Below are positions 21,458 through 33,039 of a stretch of DNA of 33,270 nt, piece by piece. Source of the stretch: Chiloscyllium plagiosum (lineage: Eukaryota); assembly GCF_004010195.1 (NCBI RefSeq), contig NW_025214417.1, forward strand, positions 1 to 33,270, read 5' to 3'. Numbering within the stretch: position 1 is the first letter of the stretch; each line of letters begins with the position of its first letter. The notes beneath the pieces were generated by a model. The model was not told where the DNA came from. It was given only the letters and a program-made list of their open reading frames with translations, and searched no databases. Both the position numbers and the translations under genes were made by a program.

Positions 21458-22140
21458 TGGCTGATCATCCTCAATCAGTATCCTGTTCCTGCCTTATCTC
21501 CATAACCCTTGATTCCACTATCCTTTGAGAGCTCTGTCCAACTCTTTATTAAACGAATCCAAAGATTGGGCCTCCACTGCTTTCTGGGGCAGAGCATTCC
21601 ACACACCCACCACTCTCTGGGTGAAGAAGTTTCACTTCATCTCTGTCCTAAATGGCCTACCCCTCATTTCTAAGCTGTGTCCTCTTGTTCGGGACTCACT
21701 CATCAGCGGAAACATGTTTCCTGCCTCCAGAGTGTCATATCCTTTAATAATCTTATACGTCTCAATCAGATCCCCTCTCTGTCTTCTAAACTCAAGGATA
21801 TACAAGCCCAGTCGCTCCAATCTTTCAACATAAGATAGTTCCGCCATTCCAGGAGTTGACCTCATGAAGCTACGCTGCACTCCCTCAATAGCCAGAATAT
21901 CTTTCCTCAAATTTAGAGACCAGAACTGCACACAATATTCTAGTTGCGATCTCACCAGGGCCCTATACTGCTGCAGAACAATCTCTTTGCTTCTATACTC
22001 AATCCCTCTTATTATGAAGGCCGTCATGCTATTCGCTTTCTTCACTACCTGCTGTACCTGCATGCTTGCCATCATTGACTGGTGTACAAGAATACCCAGA
22101 TCTATTTGTACTGCCCCTTTACCTAACTTGACACCATTTC
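21458..22140 (-). mobile_element. CR1 LINE 3' portion
   Basis: ORF 21632-22075: LVRSQLEYCVQFWS..LEFRRQRGDLIETYKIIKG..SRTRGHSL..FRTEMK. Confidence 0.92.
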
Positions 22141-22479
22141 ATAACAGCCAGTGTCTCCATCCCTGCTTTCATATCAATCTGGTCAAGAGATCGATTTCTG
22201 CACCTGGCTCCTCCATTTCTCTGAATCGAAGGTGGCCACAATATCTCACATTTTTTTTCTGAGAGCATTTATTTCATCTAATGCAATTTTAATATGTTTT
22301 TTAACTATCATTGAGTCTCCTTCCTTTTTGATGTTTGCTCTGTGGTGGGCATTTGAACAACTTACATGCCGTAGTTTTTATTTAAACAACAGATGTTGCC
22401 TCTCTTCCTTACATCTTTGTCATGTGCTTTTGCAATTCGCTGAAGTCATCTAACGCCTCAAACATTAATAGTAGACTAA

Positions 22480-25430
22480 AGGTCGGCTAGAAGAACACAG
22501 CAAGCCAGGCAGCATCAGAAGGTGGAGAAGTCGACGTTTTGGGTTAACTCTTCTTCAGCACTGTGGGTGGGTGTAAATGGAGGTGCAGATAAAGGAGGTG
22601 GCGGGGTCAGGGTCTTAAATTGGACAAAAAATAAGACAGGTAGAGGGTACCACATGGTTGGTCAATGGGGGAGGAAATGAAGCCTGCAGTGACTGGGAGG
22701 ATTGCAGGGAGTGGGAGGGGCTGGGAGCAAGTCGGGTGATGGGATGGGAGGTTATTTGAAATTGAAGAACTTGATTTTGAATCCTAAGGGCTGCATACTG
22801 CCCAGGCGAAACATAAGGTGTTGTTCGTCCAATTTTCGTTATGGCTGCAGAAGAGGCCAAGGATCGTTGAGTCGGGAAGGGAGTGAGAAAGGGAATTAAA
22901 CGTGTGGTGGCTGGGATCTTCGTCCGCCCCTGCAAGCCCAGCTGTGATGCTTGGCGAATTGTTCCCTCAGTTTACATTTGATCTCCCGGATGGAGAGAAG
23001 ACCACATCGAGAGCACCTGATGCAATTAACTTGTTCAAAAGGCATGTCAAACTCTGTTTCACATGGATGGACTGCTTGGAGTTCTGAATGGAAGTGAGGA
23101 GTTGGTGTACGGGCAGGTTTTGTGTCTTGTCCGGTTGCTGGCGAAAGTCTTTGGGGGTTCGGGAGGATTCATGTGCAGAGGTTTGATAACCAATGACTGG
23201 GGAAGGGAATGATCCTTGTGGAAGGCAGAGAGGAGTGGGGAGGGGAATATGTTCTTGTTGGTGGGGTCTGATGGAAGTTGGCAAAAGGTTTTAAGGATGA
23301 TGTCCTGGATGCGGTGATTGATGGATTTGTAGGTGAAGACAAGGGGTCTCTATGTTTATTGTGCTCAGAAAGTGGTGTTTAGGGCAGTGGAATGGGGAAT
23401 CGAGTTGATGCAGGGAGGGCTATTAAATTGCAGAGGTAGAAAAAGCATTTTTTTAAAATAAGTGGACATCTGGATTGATCGCAAGTAGAATGTTTCCTTG
23501 TCTGAGCAAATACAGCAGAGGCGGAGGATCTGGGAGAATGAGATCGAGTTCTTCCAGGATACTGGGTGGCAGAAGTTGTAATCCAAGTATTTAATGGGGG
23601 TCTGTAGGTTTGTAGTGAGCGTCCATTTGGAGATAGTCACCGAAGGTGAAAATGGAGTGGTCAAGAAAGTGGAGGGAGGTGTCCGAGATGGAACAAAAGA
23701 ATTTAACGACAAGGTGGAAGTGGTGGATGAAGACGATGAACTGCTGCAGTTCTATCTGGGTGCAGGTTGCTGCGCCAGTGCAATCATTGATGTAACCGCA
23801 GAAGAGCTTTGGCACAGTGCCTCTGTGTGTACTGAAGAGGGGCTGTTTGAAATACCCAACAAAGAGACATGCATAGCTACGTCCCAATCGAGTGCACATG
23901 GCCACCCCGTTGGATTTGGAGAAAATGGGAGGAATTGAAGGAATATTTACTGAGGGTGAGGAATAATTGGGTGGACGGAAGAGGGTATGGCTGGAGGGAG
24001 ACTGGATGGTTCCTTTTGGAGAGGAAGAAAGTGAGTGCCTGGAGGCCATCCTTGGTAGTTTTTAACATGTATAAGGACTGCACGTCCATCATGAAGATAG
24101 TGTGCTAGGGGACGGGGAACTGGAATTCTGAAGAGATGGGGATTGTGGTGGGTGTCAAGAATTCAGGTGGGAAGTGACTGAACCAAGGCGGTGAGGACAG
24201 AATCGAGACAGGACGAGATGATTTCGAAGGGACTAGACAATGCTGAGACGATTGATCAGCCAGGGCAGTTGGGCATTTGGATCTTAGGGAGCAGGTAGAA
24301 CCAGGCAGTGCGAGGGTGAGGCACAATGAGCTTGGAGGCGGTGGAAGGGAGATCAGCATCTGCAATAAGGGCACAAACAGGGCACGCAGTTTTGGCCTGA
24401 TTGGTCAGTGTGGGGTCGTGGTCAAAGGGGAGGTAGAATGTGTTATTGGAGAGTTAGCGTTCAGCCTCTGCGAAATAGAGAAACCTTCTCCAGACTACCA
24501 CCTACGTTAGCATTTGTGATGGTTAACCGGGGTAATTGTGGAGCGAGTAGAGTGCTGCACGTTTGGAGGAGATGCATGTTGAGTGGATTCGGGTGGTGGA
24601 GAAAGTGAGGCTGATGTCACGTTGGACGTCTGCAAGGTAGAGGTCTGGGACAGGTACAAGGCACTTCAGGTGGTGATCAGGTGGAGAAAGAAGGTTGGAA
24701 GCGGGAGATGGGATCCTCCGAGGGAGATTCGGAGGTTTTGGCAAAGAAGAAGACATGGAAACAGAGGGCGAGAAAGAAGCGCTCCACGTCGAGACTGGTC
24801 CTGAATTCGTAGAGGTGGAGGTAGGGGGTGCGAATGTGAGCTTTTTCTTGAGGACAGAATGATTGCATATGGTAAGTGACTGTTGTATCTGCTGTAGTTA
24901 GGGGAGTTGGTGTGGATAGAAAAAGAGTATTGAGAGTGCGATGGGTTGCCGAGTAGCAATGTTGCTGGGTGGATGACGTGAAGAGGGAGAAGTGGAGAGG
25001 TAAAGTGTATTGTGGGGGTGGAATGGGTGAGGAGGGAGAGCTGGTGTGCTGGCTGGCTGTAGGCAGGCTGTAGGACCCAGGCATGACCCTGAGAAATGTA
25101 GACCGAGAAGTACTTGTACAGTGGGCAATGCCAGAGTTGGAGGTGGAAGCTGGAGGAACCTCGAATCTGGTTGGAGTGCTGTTGTCAGCAGAATCAGGGG
25201 CAGTGTTGTTGGAGAGATCCGGAGCTGAGACAGAGGTTTTGGGTGAGTATTTGGGGGTCCTCGTAAGTGGTTTGATGGCCTGGGTAACAAACCGGAAGGA
25301 GCGTCTGACCCGGAACTAGCTTTGGACTGGGCAGACCCAGTGCTGGATGGAGTCTCCACGTGGATAATAGGCGCGGCACCAAAGTGGGGCGGGTCTGGAG
25401 GCGGCCGGAAGCAGGGCACAAATTTCGAAC
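22480..25430 (-). mobile_element. Long, possibly near full-length Neptune-like PLE, heavily frameshifted
   Basis: RT motifs MDVQSLY, GVAMCTRLGRSYACLFVGY, YIND (23783-23794), FLD, YKPTD, SISFSQILRLCCICS. N-terminal DVERFF..FF region. HHR remnant CUGAAGA-AGAGUUAACCC-AAAAC-GUC at 22533-22558. The 5' boundary is uncertain. Confidence 0.85.
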
Positions 25431-26294
25431 AGTGGGCAAGTTTTGTGAATGTAGGCGAGTGGAGCAGTGTTTCCCAAACTTCAGATTTTATTCCGATTGG
25501 AGGTGTTTGGAGCAGACATGTGGAGGACTTCTACTATTCCACATTCAATGGAAAATCCACCAGTTGAACAAACGGAGGCATCTCATACATTCATTGCTTG
25601 TACGACTTAGGTTGACAACCGTAATTTCCAAAAAGAAAAGCGTTTTGTATTAAGCCATCATGTAAAATTCAATGCATTATGATCACAATTTCTAAAAACT
25701 TCTTAACTGCAAGGTTTTCAAGGACTGGTAATACAAAACGTCTCATACACGCTGATGAAAACCATTTTTAGAGCTTTAACATTCACTGAGGTTAACATCG
25801 TTTCAATATAACTTGACGCTGTCCATTATTGCTGCAAGACCCACAAACATGGTTTATCTAATTTCCTCTTTTATAATATGGCCAACATTGGTATTGCAAT
25901 TTTAACTTTGACACATAACTCCCATCAACACTTGCTTCTCCTTGCTGTTTCTAAGCGCCACGTTTGCAGATCCTGTGGAACCTGAGAGACGCGGCCATTG
26001 GGGCGTTGAATGGCAGATTCAGCCAAGGTGAGGCGAATCTGGCGTTATCGGATCATCTCGTCACATTGTTCGTTCTTCTCCTGTGTCATTGTGACACTTT
26101 CACCAGATATCTCATTACACTGATGGAGTAGAGAAAGACAAAGATCTTTGTCCACTGCTATGCCTTTCTCCAGATAGCTGAGCCTGCTCTGACCTGAGTA
26201 GGAACCGAAGAGCAGGCTGGAGAAGTGTTGCTGTTGCTGTTCGGATTTTTAGTGAGATCACATACGAAGGAGTGTGCACAAATTTAGTCTCCTC

Positions 26295-26700
26295 ACTGTA
26301 GCAAGGATATTGTTACTTCGGAAACTGCTCAGAGATTGGTCCCTCAACGCATTCCTGCAAAGAAGATGTTGGCTTACAAAGAAAGGATGATCATGTTGAT
26401 CCAATAGCTGTTGGAGTTCACAAGAATGAAAGATGGTCTTAATTTTATGTGGAACACCAGAAGGAGTCAGCAACAAAAGCCAATTATACAACAAAGGTGA
26501 GAGAATCAGCAAATTAAATAATCAAGAGGAGGTGGAGAGTATTCACGTGGACATTAACAAGTAGAGTAAATGGATAATAATTAGACAGGTGAAATGGAAC
26601 ATAACGTATGCCCCGTCTTATTTTTCAGGAAGAATGGAAGGCTGGATGTTCCTGCAATGGAGAGAGATTACAGAACTTAGTGATGCAATGTATACTTGAG
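26295..26700 (+). mobile_element. Highly decayed CR1 fragments
   Basis: Remnants of KDI..ETAQR..IP and EEVESIHVDINK..KW. Confidence 0.45.
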
Positions 26701-27629
26701 AGTTCACCCTGACACGCTCAGACATCGAAAGTGTTGCTCCATTTCCCAGGTATTCTGTTCCCTGATATTCCCAGTTACCCCAATGCTCTCAGTACACACA
26801 GGATATTTTGATGTGGTTGGTTGACGGTCGGGAGTGGTGAGGGGAGGGTAGTTTGTGCTGTGTATCAAGGAAAGGGTGTCTATCTGAAATGCTGTCTTTT
26901 CATTCTACTTGGAGAGCCTAAGAAAATGGGATTGGCTGACTGCTTCTTCATGAAGAGGCTGTGGCTGCTGCCAGGACAGTGGGTATTCACCAACATGCTG
27001 GACTGTGCATGGGCACACTGTAACATGAATTGAGTGAGCGGTCATTCTGTTCCTCTACCGGGCCAAGTCTCCAGACCGCACAAGGCCAAGTTGGGCTCGT
27101 CGTGTTGAAGGAGGTGACGTCGTTCTGTAATCAGCTTTACGTTAGTCAGGGTCCTCTCACAATCTGCTCCTGGATAATGTTTACCTTGGAAAGTTTTTCT
27201 TGGAAAATCCTGGGTGGATACGGTAGATCCTTTCCCCACAGACACTCAGTCCGTGGTTTCTGAGCCTCCCCTCTCTACATCCTGCCCTCCACTTTTTGTT
27301 CATGTTATGGACCCAGATACTGTAACCACAGTCCCAAGACAGCATCAAAAGTTGGGTTTCCAAATTCTCAGGTCTACTGAAAAGTCTGAGGCAACTCACA
27401 GAACAACCTCCAGCAAACCTGCCCCAGCAGCTCCACTACACTTTCAATAGCAGGAGACAGCCCTTCAGCTGCGAGTTAGATTTCTGGACATTTCCAATAG
27501 TACACGAGGGATTTCCTCGTGTTATTGGCCACGCGATCAACAAGTGAGACAAACAGTGGACTGGCACAGGCCAAGCTTCAAGGATGTGAATCAAAGCTGC
27601 TGAAACCCCCATGTCCAACATGGCGTCCA

Positions 27630-30485
27630 CGTCCTTTGGTAATGTGGCAACCCGAACTGTACACAATATTTGAAAAGTGGTCGAACCAAAGTTTTTCCAA
27701 CTCAAACATGACCAGCCAACTCTTGTACTCAATGCCCGATCCGATGAAAGACATCATGCCGTATGCCATCTTAACCACTTTGTAGAATTGAATACACAGA
27801 TTCATCTGTACATCAATATTCCCAGCATTTTCCAATTTACTGTGTCGTTCAGTCTTGAACTGGATCTTCCAAAATGGATCACCTTCACTTTCCCGGATTC
27901 AACTCTATCTGCCATTTGTCTGCCCAACTCTTCAATCTATTTATATTCTACTGTATTCTATGACAATCCCTTTCAATGTGCATTACTCCTCAATCTGCAA
28001 ATTCATAATCAGACCACCGTTACCTTCCTCAAAAACATTTATGTGTATCACAAACAACAGTGTTATCAGCACGGATCCCTGTAGCACACCATTATCTCCA
28101 TTTTGAGATACTACCATTCATTATTATTCTCTGTCTCCTGTTGCCCAGCAAGTTCTCTATCTATCCAGCTAGTATATTTGGGATCCTATGCGACTTCATC
28201 ATCTCCATCAGCATACCATGGGGAATTTATCCAATGCCTTACAAACGTTCATGTATATTACATGCACAGTCCTTTCCTCACCAATCAACTTTCTCACTTC
28301 CTCAAATAATTATATTAAGTTGGTAAGAGATTATCTTCCCTACACAAAACCATGTCGCCTATCTCTGGTAAGCTTATTTTCTTCCAAATGGGAATAGATC
28401 GTTGGTCTCAGTATATTCTCCACCAGCTTTCCTACTGTTGACGTCAGGATCCCTGGATTATCCCTGCTATCCTTCTTACACAGCGGACAACATTAGCAAT
28501 TTTCCAGTCCTTCGGGACAATGTTCAAGGATGCTGCAATAATATCTGTTTTCAAGGTCCCAGCAATTTCCTATCTCACTTCCCTCAGTAACCTGTCATCG
28601 ATACTACCCGGATCTGGGGAATTGTGCACCTTAATGCCTTTGCAAATGCAAACCAATTCCTCCATCCATATGCTAACTTGACGTAGAGTAATCAACCAGC
28701 TACTCAGGACGGCACGATAGCACAGTGGTTAGTTCTGCTCCCTCGCAGCACTCGAGATCCAGATTCAATTCCCGCCTCTGGCGACTGAGTAGAGTTTGTG
28801 CATCGTCTGTGTGGGTTTTCTCCCACAGGCCAAAGATGTGCAGGTCTGGTGAATTGGCCATGCTAAATTGCCCGGAGTGTCAGGTGAAGGGATGAATGTA
28901 TGGGTGGGTTGTGCTTCAGCGGGTAGGTGTGGACTTGTTGAGCCGAAGGGCCTGCTTCCACACTGTAAGTAATCTAACCTCAACATCCATCACGTCCCTC
29001 TCCTCGGTGAATAACAATGCCAATAATCATTTTCTCTGACTTCACGCATAGTTTTCCTCCTTTTTCCTTGAGTGGGACAACCCTTTCTCTAGATACCCTC
29101 TTGCTTCTTGTATAGGAATAAAAAATACTTCGGGATTTCCCGTAAACTTGTTTGCTAGAGATATGTTACGACCAATTTCAACCCTCTTAATTCCACGTTT
29201 CAGGTTAATCCTACATTCCCAAAATTCTTTCAAAGCTTCACCTGTCTTGTGCCGCCTAGACTGTATGTACGCTTCCTTTTTCCACTTAGCTTGTCTCACA
29301 ATTTAACCTGTTATCCATAGGTTTTAAATGGAAAACAAAATCTCTTGAACTCTGATCCACCTCTCTTTAAAAGTCTCCGACATATCAAATGTGGATATGC
29401 TTTCAAACCGATGAACCCAGTCAACATTCACCAGCTCCTTCTGAATGTGGTGGAGTTGGCCTTCCTTCCACTAAGCAATCTTATTTTATGACCACTCTCA
29501 TCTTTTTCCATGGTTATTCCAAAACTTGGGAATTTTGATCACTTTTCCCAAAGTAAGACACTAGTGAAATGTTAATCACCAAGCCAGGCACATTCAATTC
29601 CACCAGATCCAGTATGTATCATTCCCGAGTTGTACAATTAACATACTGCTCGAGAAAACCCTCCTGGATACCCCTTACAAATTCTACTCCATCTACACTT
29701 CTAACACGAAGTGAATCCCAGTCACTGTTGGGCAAGGTAAAATCTTCCGTCACCATCTCCCTGTTGCTGCCACATCTTTCCATAATCTGTTTACATATTT
29801 GGACCTCTATTTCCGCTCGCTGTTGGGAGGCCTGGAGTATAACCCGAACATTGTTACCGCACACTTCCTATTTCTCAGCTCTGCGCTTTTTGCGTTATTG
29901 TCTGAGCCGACCACATGCTCTCTTGCAGCACAGCGTGATATACTCTTTAATTAGTAATGCAAAAACTCCTCCCCTTTAACTCCATCACTATCCCACCTGA
30001 GCCATCTATATCTGACGATATTTTGTTGCCAATCATGCCCTTCCCTCAACCAAGTTTCAGTGATAGGAATATCATCATACTCTCAAGTACTAATCCAAGT
30101 CCTAATTCATATGCCTTACCTACGACATTTCTTGCATTGACACAAATACACCTCAGGCCAACTTTGCGTTCCTCATCTCCTCCCTGTCTTGCATTCCACT
30201 TAGTCACTCTGACTTCATTAAGTTCCATAAAGGCTTTAGTTACTAACTCCATACTGTCCACGAATCTCCTCATTTGAGTCCCATAAACAACGCCACTTTA
30301 GTTTAAACCGTCCCCAACAGCATTTGCAAAACCACCCAAAGGACATTGGGTCTCGTCCAGCCCAGGTGCAGACCGTCCAATTTGCAATTGTCGCTCCTCC
30401 CACAGAACTGGTCCCAATGATGCAAAACCTGAACTACTCCCTGCTGCACTATCCCTCAAGCCACGCATTTAACCTTCCTATTCTT
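27630..30485 (-). mobile_element. Long CR1 LINE: ORF1 (SGNH esterase-like) C-terminus, ORF2 APE endonuclease and RT, decayed; interrupted by a SINE
   Basis: ORF2 start LRCICVNARNVVGKAYEL, EDFTLPNSDWD..GFLEQYV..TRE, AYGMMSFIGSGIEYKS. ORF1 end remnants HWDQF..KLDGLHLGW at about 30295-30485. Confidence 0.9.
28707..28977 (+). mobile_element. HE1-type SINE with internal deletions, inserted in CR1
   Basis: Aligns to 14467-14787 (head, aaagatgtgcaggtc..gtgaattggccatgctaaattgccc, tail ccacactgtaagtaatctaa). Confidence 0.9.
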
Positions 30486-30759
30486 TCATTTTCTCTCTGA
30501 ATTTGAGAAAGAGTCTTTAAGAAGTTGGCGGTGAGCTAACTTCTTGTAAAACTGCAGTCTCATCTTCAGTTGTTCTTGGCCCACCGCGTGCAATGGATGC
30601 CCAGGTTTGGAGGTATTCACTTCGTTTGAAATAACTTTTATCGGCTTCAAGCACACCACCGAATTGCCCAAAGTGCTGCCATAATAAATGTACTCGGATC
30701 CCTAAAATGGGGCAATAGATCAGACATTTCTCCCATCTGCCGTGTTTAAAGACATAGAA

Positions 30760-30848
30760 TGAAGGGGAGAGATACAGAGCGAGAGAGAGAGGGAGGGAGA
30801 GAGAGGGAGAGAGAGAAAAATAAATGAGAGAGTGCCAGAGAGAGATGG
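30760..30848 (+). repeat. (GA)n-rich low-complexity tract
   Basis: gagagagagagggagggagagagagggagagagaga... Confidence 0.8.
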
Positions 30849-30914
30849 ACAATGATAGTGCAGACTTGCAACATTGACAACACATCAACTGGAATTCGTT
30901 TCCTGCACATTTCA

Positions 30915-31185
30915 CTGGTACATTCCGACCCTGGGAAAGTGAGTTAGAAACTCCATACTGTCCCACCATTTCCTCCTCAATATCTCTTTGCATCTCTCTC
31001 GATCAACCTTTCCAACTGTCGCCACATTTCAGGCAAAGTAGTTTCTGGCACATTCCGACCCTGGGAAAGTGAGTTAGAAAATGATCTCAGGTTGCTTTCA
31101 TCCCACCATTTCCTCCTCAATATCTCTTTGCATCTCTCTCGATCAACCTTTCCAACTGTCGCCACATTTCAGGCAAAGTAGTTTC
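30915..31185 (+). repeat. Tandem duplication of the form A-x-B-A-y-B
   Basis: A: 30920-30950 equals 31050-31080 (31 nt). B: 30961-31045 equals 31101-31185 (85 nt). The spacers of 10 and 20 nt are unrelated. Confidence 0.95.
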
Positions 31186-31199
31186 AATTTTCCAAATGA

Positions 31200-31595
31200 C
31201 CTCTTCTGAACTGCATTATTCTTTCTTTCTATGATTCTGTCTCGTCTCTCATCCTTTCTTTTATTTACTTCTGTCCCGACCGTTCTCACAATTCTATCGG
31301 TCTTTTTCTCACTTCATTCCTTTCTCTCTTTGTTTCTGTCTTTCCGATCTGTCTCCATTTTTACCTCTCAATCTGTAACTCTGCCTTACTCTGATTTCAC
31401 CTTCTATCTCTTCTCACTCATTCGCTGCTTTTCTTGCATCTCTTTCTACCACTGTCTCTACATGTGTTCCAGTATTCTTTTCTCTTTTTGATCTCCTTCT
31501 AATCGTTTGCGTCATTACCATTCTGTCCACTTCCTTCCCTCACTATCTTTGCCTTGCTTTATGTTATCTCTCTGCATCTCTCTCTCACCCTGCCT
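31200..31595 (+). repeat. CT-rich low-complexity tract (decayed microsatellite)
   Basis: Strong pyrimidine skew with many tctc/tttc runs. Confidence 0.7.
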
Positions 31596-32840
31596 GATCT
31601 ATTTGTCCAGAGTGTTAAACAGTATTGATTCTTCGTTATTTTGTGGAATAAATGCTTCCAAATGGTTCTACCTTCTCGTTTCTCACCATCAAATTTTTAC
31701 TTAAGCTGTCACAGAATATGATACAGTCTGAATGGTTAAATATCCGACCACCACCAGATTATATCCTAAATATTGTAAAATAATGTGCGTTGTTTTTTCC
31801 AGATAATACCTGAAAAAAAGCTTCCCAGAGTCAAACATTGTGTCCATTATCGTTGGGAAAATGCAGACTTTTTTTTCAAGCGATGTGACTGATTCTCGGT
31901 GAATCTTGCATTTGTAAAGCTACCCAGTTAACCCGGTCTTGTTCACTAGTTTGACTGTACTACAGCCTCCATCCTTTTTGTGGCATTCACTACATTTCTG
32001 GACGCTACTGTCTGAGCTCGATGTGAACACAGCGACGAGAGACATAGCGCAAAAGAGCCTTAAAGGTATGGGTTCCGTGCAATAAATGCAGTTCTGAAGA
32101 TCTTAAGATTTGGCACTTATCTCCTTGCACACGAAAAGGCTTTGTGGATCCAACAACACGATGGCGTAGAACAGAGGTGAAAAAGACAGTCTGTTTTCCG
32201 CTCGTAAATGAGATAGTACCATGGGGTCTGGAATCAGGCACAGATTTCCAATGACTTGTAAAGCAATATACATGAGGTGAAAAAGTTGTTTATTCCTAAA
32301 AGCACAGACTTTTGTTCTGGAATTGCTGTCTGGAATTAATGCAGAGAGAGGTTGTAATAAAGTTTCTAAAAGAGGCATTTAATGGAGATTTGAACAGAAT
32401 GGATATGCAAGGTGCTAGCGAAATCCAAGGAGATTGCCATTCAGTTATGAATCTCCTTTCAACAGCCAATTCAAAAAGTTTTAATCAAACGCTCTCCTGC
32501 GGCACACCCAGCATTTTTGTGAGTTTGTGGATCATAGACAAAATGTACAACAAGGCTTTGGGCTAAAAGCAGAACGTGAGAGCAACTACCCTTCACAGCA
32601 TTGTGGTATTTGCCTGAGTGTGGCTTGAAGGATCAATGAAGTCAATGGAGACCATGGGACCCAATGGTTGCAATTGTATTTGTCACAGAGCAAAGCAGTA
32701 GTCACTCTGTAGCGATGATAATTTCAGTCCATGATGTACACAGAATGTTGCCCTCTGCAGAGTTACATTCTTATCCTTCCTCAATGACTTTGAACGCTTG
32801 ATGTGTAAAATGTCACACTTGCTTAAGAAAGGGTAAATCG

Positions 32841-33000
32841 AGCAATATCCGAGGAGCTGGAGAATTGACGTTTCAGGGAAAAGCCCTTGTGCCTGAAACG
32901 TCGATTCCCCAGCTCCTTTGATTATGCCTGAGCTGCTGTGGTATTCCAGCACCACACTCTCGACTCTAATCTCCACAGTCTGCAGTCTTCACTTTCTCCT
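32841..33000. mobile_element. Head-to-head inverted PLE terminal fragments (short minus arm, complete plus tail)
   Basis: ggagctggagaattgacgtttcagg (32853-32877) is inverted relative to cctgaaacgtcgattccccagctcc (32892-32916). The plus arm continues to ctgcagtcttcactttctcct. Confidence 0.85.
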
Positions 33001-33039
33001 CATCTCGCAAAATGCAGACCTGTTCGCTTGATATATATA

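Noticed and set aside
2798..30485. Active autonomous retroelement
   Set aside because: Every CR1 and PLE copy is truncated or carries multiple stops and frameshifts (for example YIND in place of YIDD at 23783).
31231..31704. Hydrophobic Leu/Ser/Phe-rich ORFs resembling membrane proteins
   Set aside because: Explained by CT-rich low-complexity DNA.
31966..32065. Possible 100-nt plus-strand exon (tacag| ... aag|gtatgg), open in one frame
   Set aside because: The polypyrimidine tract is weak and there is no recognisable homology. It cannot be supported without RNA-seq.
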